Shown here in pieces: positions 56,901 to 64,000 of a stretch of DNA of 64,000 nt. Numbering within the stretch: the stretch's first letter is position 1; the number at the start of each line of letters is the position of its first letter. A program made the position numbers and the translations under genes. Source of the stretch: a virus (taxonomy: Duplodnaviria > Caudoviricetes); IMG/VR virus record IMGVR_UViG_2599185359_000001, positions 32,001-96,000 of that record; one strand, 5' to 3'. A model generated the notes under the pieces. It ran no database searches. It was not told the origin of the DNA and saw nothing but the letters and a program-made list of their open reading frames with translations.

Positions 56901-57653
56901 CTATGGCTTGATGGTGAGGGTTGCCTGGCTCGAGGGGTGAAAAACCTCGGCCTTGATGTCGTAGTAGAGCGGGCGGTCATCGTCGGCGGAGACAATCCGC
57001 ACCTGCTCGCCGAACCATCGGTAGCTTGCGTCCGGGTGCGTGATCGTGACCGCATCCCATCCGAACTCGGCAACGCTGTCCATGTAGACCTCGTTGTAGA
57101 TATTCAGGAGATGCTGCCGATAAACGTCGCGCATGTGCTTGGTCGACTTGAAGCTGCGGCCAGCGCGATCGACGAAGCGGAACGCTGGCGCCTGACTGTC
57201 TTCGATCATCACAGCTGCCGTGGCGGATGACGGCGTATGGCGGCCCGAGCGCACGTACAGATCCACTCGCAGGGCATTCGTCTGGTTGTGCTGAGCCATC
57301 GCCATCACGTCGCGGTCGACCTGCGCGGCGATGATGCGCGCGGTGTAGAGCGCCGCGCTGAAGATGAAGTCTGCGAAGCGATCGGGGATCGTGCGCTGCT
57401 TCGCTTCGAGATCGGTCATAGCGCGCTCGTGCGCAGCGATAGCGATCGTTTGCGTGTCATCGTTCAGCTGCGCTTGCTCTGCGCTCACAAACGCTCGCGC
57501 AGCGTCTAGCGCGGTATGAAACGCATCGCTGCGCAAGCTCTCGTCGGTTGCCCCGCGCCGGAACACCACTTCGGCCTGGCCGACGAGCTGGGCGGTGAAG
57601 CCTTGGTACCGCTGCACCGCGCGCTCTGCCATTTCGCTGATCGCGTAGATCAC
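56901..57653 (-). CDS. minor capsid / MuF-like head protein (putative)
   Basis: FVDRAGR and C-terminal VFHPSS; GTG start coupled to the upstream stop. Confidence 0.6.
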   Translation of the reverse strand: MIYAISEMAERAVQRYQGFTAQLVGQAEVVFRRGATDESLRSDAFHTALDAARAFVSAEQAQLNDDTQTIAIAAHERAMTDLEAKQRTIPDRFADFIFSAALYTARIIAAQVDRDVMAMAQHNQTNALRVDLYVRSGRHTPSSATAAVMIEDSQAPAFRFVDRAGRSFKSTKHMRDVYRQHLLNIYNEVYMDSVAEFGWDAVTITHPDASYRWFGEQVRIVSADDDRPLYYDIKAEVFHPSSQATLTIKP

Positions 57654-58480
57654 GCCCGCAGCACCCCGAACTGCAGAACGACATAGCGCTTCAGTTCCTC
57701 GAACGCCTGCCGGCTGACCGGCAGGTTCAAGTAGGGCTTCGAGCTGAAGAAGATCGAACTCTCGCCGATCGTTTCCGAGATGACGCCGTCCTGGCGCTTT
57801 TTGCCGACCGCATCGCCGCCAAGCAGGACGTTGGCCTCCATCAGCTGCGCGCGCTTCACCGCCCGGCGGAACTGGTCGGGCAGCGCGTCGAACTGCTCGA
57901 CCGTGAGCGATCGCAAACGGAGCCGCCGGGTGGTGTCGAATGGTTCGTCGGCCCCGGTGCCATAGGCGGCATAGCTCGACGCGTGGGTCATCGGGTCGAT
58001 GTGGCTGATCTTGAAGATCATGCGCGCGATCCTCTCGAATGCCTCCGCAAGCGCCCCCTGGCGCATCGTGAGGCTGGAGGTTACGTCCCATCCGTCCAGC
58101 GTGGGGCCGAAGCTGCTGCGGACCGACAGCGCCTCTGCGTAGCTCATGAAGCTGTTGACCATGACGACGAGCGGGCGGGAGGCGACCAGCACGAAGAAGT
58201 CGCGCGCCTCGACGGGGCCATCGGCCGTCTTGAAGGACACGACAATCTCCCGCCCGGCGCTGGGGATGTCCGCGGCGAGCGTCAGGTGTTCAGCTTCGAT
58301 GCGGAACGCAGCTGCATCAGCGCCGGCCACGAACGACGAAACTGGACCCGCCGCGATGGGCAGGCCTCGATCGTCATAGAGTGCCCACTCGGCAGCGGTT
58401 GCCGCGATCGCCTGCCCGGCATCGTCGAGCGCAGGGATGGCGAAGGTCGCGGCACGGCCGCTGGTGCAGCTGCTCTGCAT
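57650..58480 (-). CDS. head-tail adaptor protein
   Basis: NSFMSY.EA, VKRAQL.EA and GVISETIGESS motifs. Confidence 0.7.
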   Translation of the reverse strand: MQSSCTSGRAATFAIPALDDAGQAIAATAAEWALYDDRGLPIAAGPVSSFVAGADAAAFRIEAEHLTLAADIPSAGREIVVSFKTADGPVEARDFFVLVASRPLVVMVNSFMSYAEALSVRSSFGPTLDGWDVTSSLTMRQGALAEAFERIARMIFKISHIDPMTHASSYAAYGTGADEPFDTTRRLRLRSLTVEQFDALPDQFRRAVKRAQLMEANVLLGGDAVGKKRQDGVISETIGESSIFFSSKPYLNLPVSRQAFEELKRYVVLQFGVLRA

Positions 58481-58998
58481 CAGAGGACCGCCTGCGCGGC
58501 CTGAGCCTTGAGGATCTCCTCGACCAACTCGCGGATGCCGCGGCCATTGACGCCGAGCGGCTTGCCGATCTCCCGCAGCCCCTTGATGCCGTCATTGCCG
58601 CCGATCGCCTCCAGCTCGGCGCGAGTGTAGATCACGAAATCAGCGTCCAGCTCGGTCGCCTTGGCCTGAGCGGCTTCCAGGGCCACCTTCTCCTCGGCCT
58701 TGCGCGCGGCCTCGGCCTCGATCAGCGCCGCGCGGTCGATCTCGTCGGTGCGCTTCACGATGTCCAGGGTCTTCGCCTGCTCGACGACGGTGATGGGGGA
58801 ATGATGCATACGCAGCGCGAGCATGGCAGGGCCGATCTGTTCGCCGGTCTCGGCGTCGACCACCTTCACGCTGGAGGCGATACGGTTGATCTGACGAGCG
58901 TCGAGATCCTCGACCGACACGCCGTTCTGGAACTGCGCCTTGAAACCGAAGTTGCCGGTGAAATTTTCCCAGCCGGCGCTGGTGATACGTACCTTCAT
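58480..58998 (-). CDS. hypothetical virion-associated protein
   Basis: C-terminal YTRAELE.I....GI.GLREI (HeH/Rho-N-like). Confidence 0.7.
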   Translation of the reverse strand: MKVRITSAGWENFTGNFGFKAQFQNGVSVEDLDARQINRIASSVKVVDAETGEQIGPAMLALRMHHSPITVVEQAKTLDIVKRTDEIDRAALIEAEAARKAEEKVALEAAQAKATELDADFVIYTRAELEAIGGNDGIKGLREIGKPLGVNGRGIRELVEEILKAQAAQAVL

Positions 58999-59010
58999 GG
59001 AACTCTCCAA

Positions 59011-59043
59011 ACAAAAGAGGGCCGGGACATGCCCGACCCTCTC
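59011..59043 (-). terminator. terminator after the major capsid gene
   Basis: GAGGGTCGGG/CCCGGCCCTC hairpin followed by TTTTGTTT on the minus strand. Confidence 0.7.
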
Positions 59044-59087
59044 CCAGGGCAACAGAATATGTGTGTGCCACATCGCACACACAAGAA

Positions 59088-59990
59088 TCAAATGTTGGTG
59101 ATGCCCTTCAGACGGGCCAGCGAGCGGGTCGACTTGAGTGCGGTGCCGCAATACCACTTCATGCGGTACCGCTCGACGTCCTTGTTCTGCACCGTGCCGA
59201 TCGACTGGACCCGGAAGCCCGCGGTCGGCCCGCCGAAGATGCCGTGCATGCCATCCGCCTCGTTGAAGCGCACCGCATAGATCGAGCAGCTCTTGCTCTT
59301 GGTGCCGTGCAGCTCGTCGCCGGGGAGGAAGTCGTTGATGATGATCGGCGTCCGGCGATAGGCGGGAACGCTGATGCCCGTGCCGGGGAGCGTGACGTCG
59401 TTCGGCGTGGTGCCGCCCAGGTTGCGCAGCATGGCGAGGATCGCGTCGTGCGTACCGCCGCGCATCACCAGCGCGTCGGCGCCCAGCGGAACCATGCGGA
59501 GCAGCTGGTCGAGACGCTCGAACGTCAGTGCTTCGCCGTCGCCCGAGGTCGGCAGCACCTGGTTGTCGGCGCAGAGCTCGGAGATGCCGTCGAACGACTT
59601 GGGGTCGGTGCCCGAATTGCCGGTCGCCAGGGTGCGCTGGAACTTGCGCGCCATGCCCTTCGCCTTCGCCGCGATCTGGGTCGCGGTCTGGTCGTTGGTG
59701 TCCGACATGGTCTCGTCGAGGAAGTTGTCGATGTCGACGTCGCCGATCAGGATGCGCAGCTTCGCCACGACCTCGTCGAACTCGGCGCCGCCCTCGGGGA
59801 CGGTGTCGTACGGGTCGAGGAACTCGCCCTCGCTCAGCGTCTTCTCGCGATTATACATGTAGGCCTTGCCCACGACGCGCTTGAACGGCAGCATCGCGAA
59901 CATGGCGTCATTGTCGATGATCTCTTCGATCACGCCCTGCTCCAGGACGTTGTTCGAGAGCTTCTCAGCTTCGACACGAAGCAACGGCAT
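59088..59990 (-). CDS. major capsid protein
   Basis: 300 aa HK97-like; GDVDIDNF, FDGI and YRMKWYCG motifs. Confidence 0.92.
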   Translation of the reverse strand: MPLLRVEAEKLSNNVLEQGVIEEIIDNDAMFAMLPFKRVVGKAYMYNREKTLSEGEFLDPYDTVPEGGAEFDEVVAKLRILIGDVDIDNFLDETMSDTNDQTATQIAAKAKGMARKFQRTLATGNSGTDPKSFDGISELCADNQVLPTSGDGEALTFERLDQLLRMVPLGADALVMRGGTHDAILAMLRNLGGTTPNDVTLPGTGISVPAYRRTPIIINDFLPGDELHGTKSKSCSIYAVRFNEADGMHGIFGGPTAGFRVQSIGTVQNKDVERYRMKWYCGTALKSTRSLARLKGITNI

Positions 59991-60028
59991 TGATCTCTCC
60001 TAAAACTTCGAAATTCTTTTCGGTGCCC

Positions 60029-60073
60029 ATCATACCAAATGCCGACTGTGTGTGCAAGCACACACAGTCGGCA
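60029..60073 (-). promoter_or_regulatory. capsid promoter embedded in a 16-bp perfect inverted repeat
   Basis: TTGCAC-N17-TATGAT (TGn); inverted repeat at 60040-60055/60058-60073. Confidence 0.65.
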
Positions 60074-60080
60074 GGCGTGG

Positions 60081-60845
60081 TTATCGAGCTTCGCGGAGCG
60101 CCTTCAGGCCCATCGAAAGCTTCGTGTGGCGATCGACCGGCTTGTCGCCGCTCTTGCCTTCCATCGTGCGCGATCCCGCACCGGGCGTGATCTTGCTCTT
60201 CAGGAACGTGTCCTTGTCCGGCTCGCCGTCGACCACCTTCTTCATCGCATCATCGAACGAAAGCGGCTTGCCCTTGGCGTCCATCACCATCGCGCGACCG
60301 GCGGCACCCTTGGGCTTGTCGTAGACCACCGGCACGCGGTTCTCGATCTCGACATAGTCACCGTACAGGCGCTCCGCCTTGGCGGGCGTGAGGATGGTCT
60401 CGGCGGCGAAGAACTTGCTGGTCGCAAACGCAACCTGGCGCCGCGCGAGAGCGGCGTCTGCGATCGCCTGAGCATGCTCCGTACGGAGGTTGTCGCGCTC
60501 GGCCTGCGCCGCAGTCAGTTGAGCCTGATGCTCTTCGTTCTGCAGTTCACGCAGGCGCTCGAAGTTGCCTTCCGCGCGGGCGCGCTCTGCCTCGGCGTCT
60601 CGTGCCGCACGGTCGAGCTCGGCGACCCGGGTCGCGTTGGCCCGGGCAGCCTCGGGATCGATGCCCTCGAAGCGAGCGGCGGCGGTGCGCGCCTCTGCGA
60701 GCTCGGCGCGAACACGCTCCAGCTCGGCGGCGGCTTCATCGCCTGCATTCCCACCGGCGGGGCGGCGGGCTGCTTCGGCAGCAGCAGCTTCGGCGGCCTC
60801 CCGAGCAGCCGCTTCTGCGGCCAGGCGCTGTTCTTCTTCGTCCAT
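60081..60845 (-). CDS. capsid scaffolding protein
   Basis: Coiled-coil protein directly upstream of the capsid gene. Confidence 0.8.
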   Translation of the reverse strand: MDEEEQRLAAEAAAREAAEAAAAEAARRPAGGNAGDEAAAELERVRAELAEARTAAARFEGIDPEAARANATRVAELDRAARDAEAERARAEGNFERLRELQNEEHQAQLTAAQAERDNLRTEHAQAIADAALARRQVAFATSKFFAAETILTPAKAERLYGDYVEIENRVPVVYDKPKGAAGRAMVMDAKGKPLSFDDAMKKVVDGEPDKDTFLKSKITPGAGSRTMEGKSGDKPVDRHTKLSMGLKALREAR

Positions 60846-60941
60846 GAATACTCTCTATTTGCTCTGTGAAGTGTGTACCATAACACACATGCCGTTTTGT
60901 TGGAAGGCTGTGCGCTGACATGGCTCGTCCGCGCGCGCTCC

Positions 60942-60988
60942 AAAAAGAAGGCTCGCGATGCCTGGAGCTACCCAAACATCGCGAGCCT
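60942..60988 (-). terminator. terminator after the beta-helix gene
   Basis: AGGCTCGCGATG/CATCGCGAGCCT inverted repeat with a T tract. Confidence 0.7.
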
Positions 60989-61013
60989 CAGTCGAAACGG
61001 ATGTGTTACGCTA

Positions 61014-63998
61014 TCAGACGAGCGGCAGGCGGGATTCCACCCGCGCCCACCAGTCCCGAAGGCTCAGGATGTCGAAGAGGCCGGCCGCGCACCCCGCGGC
61101 GAGCCGCTGCACGAGCTGGTTGAAGTTGTCGTCGTTCTGGGCGGGTCCGTAATGCATATAGCACACCAGGTCTTTACCACCGTCGATTGCGTCCAGGACC
61201 TCGGCGTAGGCCTTGTCGACAAGATTGGTGCTACCGCCTGCTGCCGTGGTGTCGTCGAACGATGCGGCCGGGCAGCGAATGGCGAAGTAGGGGTCAAGGC
61301 CGTAGCCAGTGTAAACGCCATTGCCGCTGCCGGCCGAGCCCATGCGCCCGAACTTATAGCCCGCGCCAAGAAGCGCGTCCTCCATCTTGCCGATTTGGAA
61401 GGCAGCGTCCTTGAGGTGGAAGTTGGCAAGGCCGCCGGTGATCGCCGGCACATTGCCCGACATGGTAACGGTTCCGGTGGCGCCTTCGACGTCGACCGAC
61501 AGAATGGTAAGTCCATCCGGCACGCCCAAAGCGAACATCGTCATGCCAGGCACGAGGTAGGTCGTGTCCACGTTCGTGAGCTGCGCCGTGCCACTGGCGG
61601 TGTAGGTCACCCCCCTGCGCGAGGCTGAGAAGTAGCACGTTCGCGAAGCCCCGGCCGGGATTGCCCGGTCGAAAACCAGGTCGACCTGCGACCGCCCGTT
61701 GCGCTTCATCTGAAGCAGAACAGGGTTGCCCGAGGCGCCCGTGTTCTTCACAACCATGCCGGCGGCGATACCTTGGTTTACAATGGTGTTCGCCAACGTG
61801 ATCGTGCTCGTCCCGTTCGGCGTCAACGCGATCGCGTGATTGGGCGCGCCGCCGCCGCCCCAATACGTCCCCGCGCCGAACGACCAACAGAACAGCTTTG
61901 CGTCGTCAGCGTTCGAGAAACCACCCGCGATTGCGCGGTCGCGCAGGGCGTTCAGTTGCTCGACGGCCGCAGCTGGCGAGGTGAACATCGTGAAGGACTC
62001 GTCAGCGGGGCCGCTGTCGAGACTCCACGTCCACCCATAGTCGTTCCTGAGCGACAGAGCCTGGGCGGCGGTTAGATTCGTGGCGCCGTTGGTGCTCAAC
62101 ACGTCCTGGCAGAGGAAGCCGGTGCCCACGAACGGGTAGGGCATTCCAGCTGCGATGCCCGCGGCCTTCATAGCCGGCGCCGCCTTAGTGATCTGGCCGA
62201 CGTTGCCGTCATCGAAAGTCAGGACGATCGCAGGCTTGATCCGCTGCGGGCGGATCAGCGCATCCACCTTCACCGAAGCGTTTTTGTTGCCAAGGTTCTG
62301 CAGCTGAAGCGCAAGCTGCTTCGTGCCAGCCCCTGCGTCCGTCAGCTTTGCGCCAGTCCATGAGCCGCCAGCGCGCAAGCGCGAAGCTTTGAAGGTCAGC
62401 CATCGCTTGCCACGATTGTACGGGTAAAAGTCGGTATTGGGCGCGAGGCCAGAGGCGGGGTCGAACGACGGGATGTAGGTCTGCCCGTTGGTCGTGAGGC
62501 GCAAGACGGCAGCATACAGGGAGGTGTTGTACACATCCATGCCGACATCGATGCAAACGCCGATCAGGTCCCAGCTGGCGGGATCATCGTTCGCGCCGAT
62601 GCTCGGGGTCGTGAGCGACGGAAGGTTGACGCCCAGCATGTTGACCTGCACCGCGCCGGTGCCCTGCACGACAGGCCCAACGACCTGCATCGATGCGCCG
62701 CTGCTCACGGTGCGGGAGCCGAGCGTATCGAAGCCGTCGAGCAGCGTGTACGGCGTCATGGTCGCGACCGGCGTGGTGGGAACGAACGCACCAATGCTGG
62801 CAGCCGCGCCCTTGGTGGCATACCGCGCGATATAGTCTGCCTTCCGTGCCGCGATGTCTGTCAGGCCGCTATTGCCCGACCCAGTGGGATACGGGTTCGC
62901 GAAGATCGCCTGGTGATCGGTGAAGGCTTTCATGTTGGCCAGGTTGCCCTGGTTGGTGAGCTTCGCGGCCCCTGTGATGGTGGCCGTGATCGGCCCCGCG
63001 CAGACGTTCCCCGTCACGACGAGATCGCCATACACCCCAGTGACATTGATCGCCGGGATCGAGCCCGCAAGAGTCGGGTCGATCAGGTCGAGCGCGCTCG
63101 GATCGTTGATGGCCGTGTTGTTGCGAACGTAGATGTTCACGCCGACCGCGCCTGCGACATTGCCGCTCGAGTCCTTCACCACCATCGCGATGCTGTTGGC
63201 GTTCGACGTCTGGAAGCAGTTATTCTCGATGTAGATGTTCTGGTAGGTCGGTCCGGTAGCGTTCCACGGCCCAGCGAACACGCCGTGCAGGCCGGCATAG
63301 CCGCCGTCTCCACCATTGCCGCGGATGATCATGTTGCCACGCACGATCAGATCGCCGAGCACCGGCCCCGTCGTCGTGGTGGTCGAGAGGGTGTTGATCT
63401 GCACGAAATCGGGGTGCGCCTGGCTGCCGGCCGGCGTCAGCTTGTCGATCACAAGGTTGTTCGTGACGGTGACGCTGCCCGCGTTCGTGAACTGCATCCC
63501 ATCCTCACCCATGTTGATGAAGGTGTTCGCGTCGACGAGAATGTTGTTCGACTGCGTGCCGTTCACGCCCATGGCAATGTTCGTCGCGAGGTTCTTGAAC
63601 GTGTTATTGCGGATCGTCACATTCTGAACGGCACCGTTCTTGAGGATACCGTAGCTGTAGGTGGACGAGTCATCCACCTCGAAGCGGTTATTCTCGACGA
63701 TGTAGTTGTCGCCGGTGAAACGGACGCACTCGACGCCGGGTCCTGAGAGCAGGCTCGTCCAGCGCAGGCCGCGGAGCGCGAAGCCTCCCGCGATGAAGAA
63801 GTTGCTGATCGTCGCCTTGTAGACGTTGTCAGCCGTGAGCACGGCATGGTTGCTCCCGGAGAACGTGCCGGTGGGCGCAGCGATCCTGGGTCCGGTCGTC
63901 CCCTGCGAAGCGTAGTTGCCATTGCGAAGGATGACCGTCTCGCCATAGGCCGCACCATGCGCCGCAAGCTCTGCCGCAGTTGCTACGTGGCGAGCGTT
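61014..63998 (-). CDS. right-handed beta-helix plus polysaccharide deacetylase (CE4-like) protein, 5'-truncated by the window edge
   Basis: Asn-ladder repeats (VENNRF, IRNNTF, VTNNLV), HPDFVQ and PAIVLTFDDG; frame open to the window end. Confidence 0.8.
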   Translation of the reverse strand, partial: NARHVATAAELAAHGAAYGETVILRNGNYASQGTTGPRIAAPTGTFSGSNHAVLTADNVYKATISNFFIAGGFALRGLRWTSLLSGPGVECVRFTGDNYIVENNRFEVDDSSTYSYGILKNGAVQNVTIRNNTFKNLATNIAMGVNGTQSNNILVDANTFINMGEDGMQFTNAGSVTVTNNLVIDKLTPAGSQAHPDFVQINTLSTTTTTGPVLGDLIVRGNMIIRGNGGDGGYAGLHGVFAGPWNATGPTYQNIYIENNCFQTSNANSIAMVVKDSSGNVAGAVGVNIYVRNNTAINDPSALDLIDPTLAGSIPAINVTGVYGDLVVTGNVCAGPITATITGAAKLTNQGNLANMKAFTDHQAIFANPYPTGSGNSGLTDIAARKADYIARYATKGAAASIGAFVPTTPVATMTPYTLLDGFDTLGSRTVSSGASMQVVGPVVQGTGAVQVNMLGVNLPSLTTPSIGANDDPASWDLIGVCIDVGMDVYNTSLYAAVLRLTTNGQTYIPSFDPASGLAPNTDFYPYNRGKRWLTFKASRLRAGGSWTGAKLTDAGAGTKQLALQLQNLGNKNASVKVDALIRPQRIKPAIVLTFDDGNVGQITKAAPAMKAAGIAAGMPYPFVGTGFLCQDVLSTNGATNLTAAQALSLRNDYGWTWSLDSGPADESFTMFTSPAAAVEQLNALRDRAIAGGFSNADDAKLFCWSFGAGTYWGGGGAPNHAIALTPNGTSTITLANTIVNQGIAAGMVVKNTGASGNPVLLQMKRNGRSQVDLVFDRAIPAGASRTCYFSASRRGVTYTASGTAQLTNVDTTYLVPGMTMFALGVPDGLTILSVDVEGATGTVTMSGNVPAITGGLANFHLKDAAFQIGKMEDALLGAGYKFGRMGSAGSGNGVYTGYGLDPYFAIRCPAASFDDTTAAGGSTNLVDKAYAEVLDAIDGGKDLVCYMHYGPAQNDDNFNQLVQRLAAGCAAGLFDILSLRDWWARVESRLPLV

Positions 63999-64000
63999 GC

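Larger units (their letters stand above)
2980..60889. repeat. dispersed intergenic TGTGTGTC-N(5-6)-CACA-type motif, about 25 copies
   Basis: Copies near 2980, 7020, 9917, 11525, 13655, 15772, 21201, 25607, 26237, 30239, 31611, 34418, 35163, 35306, 37802, 39500, 40062, 41089, 44669, 48725, 54343, 55667, 59060, 60047 and 60871. Confidence 0.8.
1..64000 (-). mobile_element. Temperate siphovirus / SSU5-like phage-plasmid genome segment
   Basis: Capsid, scaffold, tail, tape measure and lysis genes plus dnaE, recA, dnaB, primase, cobS/cobT-like, sbcCD, nrdAB and thyX, all co-oriented. Capsid N-terminus MPLLRVEAEKLSNNVLEQGVIE resembles SSU5-type capsids. Confidence 0.85.

Noticed and set aside
2980-60889. 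CRISPR array or microsatellite explanation for the GTGTGT repeats
   Set aside because: Copies are dispersed, degenerate and intergenic, with no regular spacers and no cas genes.
1-64000. tRNA or rRNA genes, integrase, repA/parAB, terminase or portal
   Set aside because: None was recognised by eye; they may lie outside the window, so phage-plasmid status remains an inference.

Overview
A 64-kb internal segment of a large, GC-rich temperate siphovirus-type genome. Essentially every credible gene lies on the minus strand, often translationally coupled through ATGA/TGATG overlaps. Gene content and order resemble SSU5/pHCM2-like phage-plasmids, though no repA or parAB lies in the window. The host is probably an alphaproteobacterium such as a sphingomonad (inferred from nrdAB type, an alpha-type LexA box and tail-fibre style). 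In transcription order (right to left): a beta-helix/deacetylase protein, scaffold, capsid, head-tail and tail genes with a -1 frameshifted tail chaperone, tape measure, tail tip and fibre, lysis genes, PhoH, DnaB, primase, putative repressor, a split CobT-like gene pair with CobS-like AAA+, DnaE, SSB, 5'-3' exonuclease, RecA, SbcCD, RuvC, NrdAB, a methyltransferase, ThyX, NUDIX-like, kinase and DnaQ-like genes, then small accessory genes including Nmad5-like and PAPS-reductase-like proteins. Most notable observations: (1) the CobT-like gene is split, and the two halves carry an ECF sigma region-4-like domain and an anti-sigma-like N-terminal domain at the junction; (2) about 25 copies of a TGTGTGTC..CACA motif mark almost every operon junction and often overlap promoters; (3) the tail-tip gene appears split in-frame within an FN3-like domain by a promoter/operator cassette driving a leaderless fibre gene; (4) an alpha-type SOS box lies upstream of the putative repressor. 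All family assignments come from reading motifs by eye; no database search was run.
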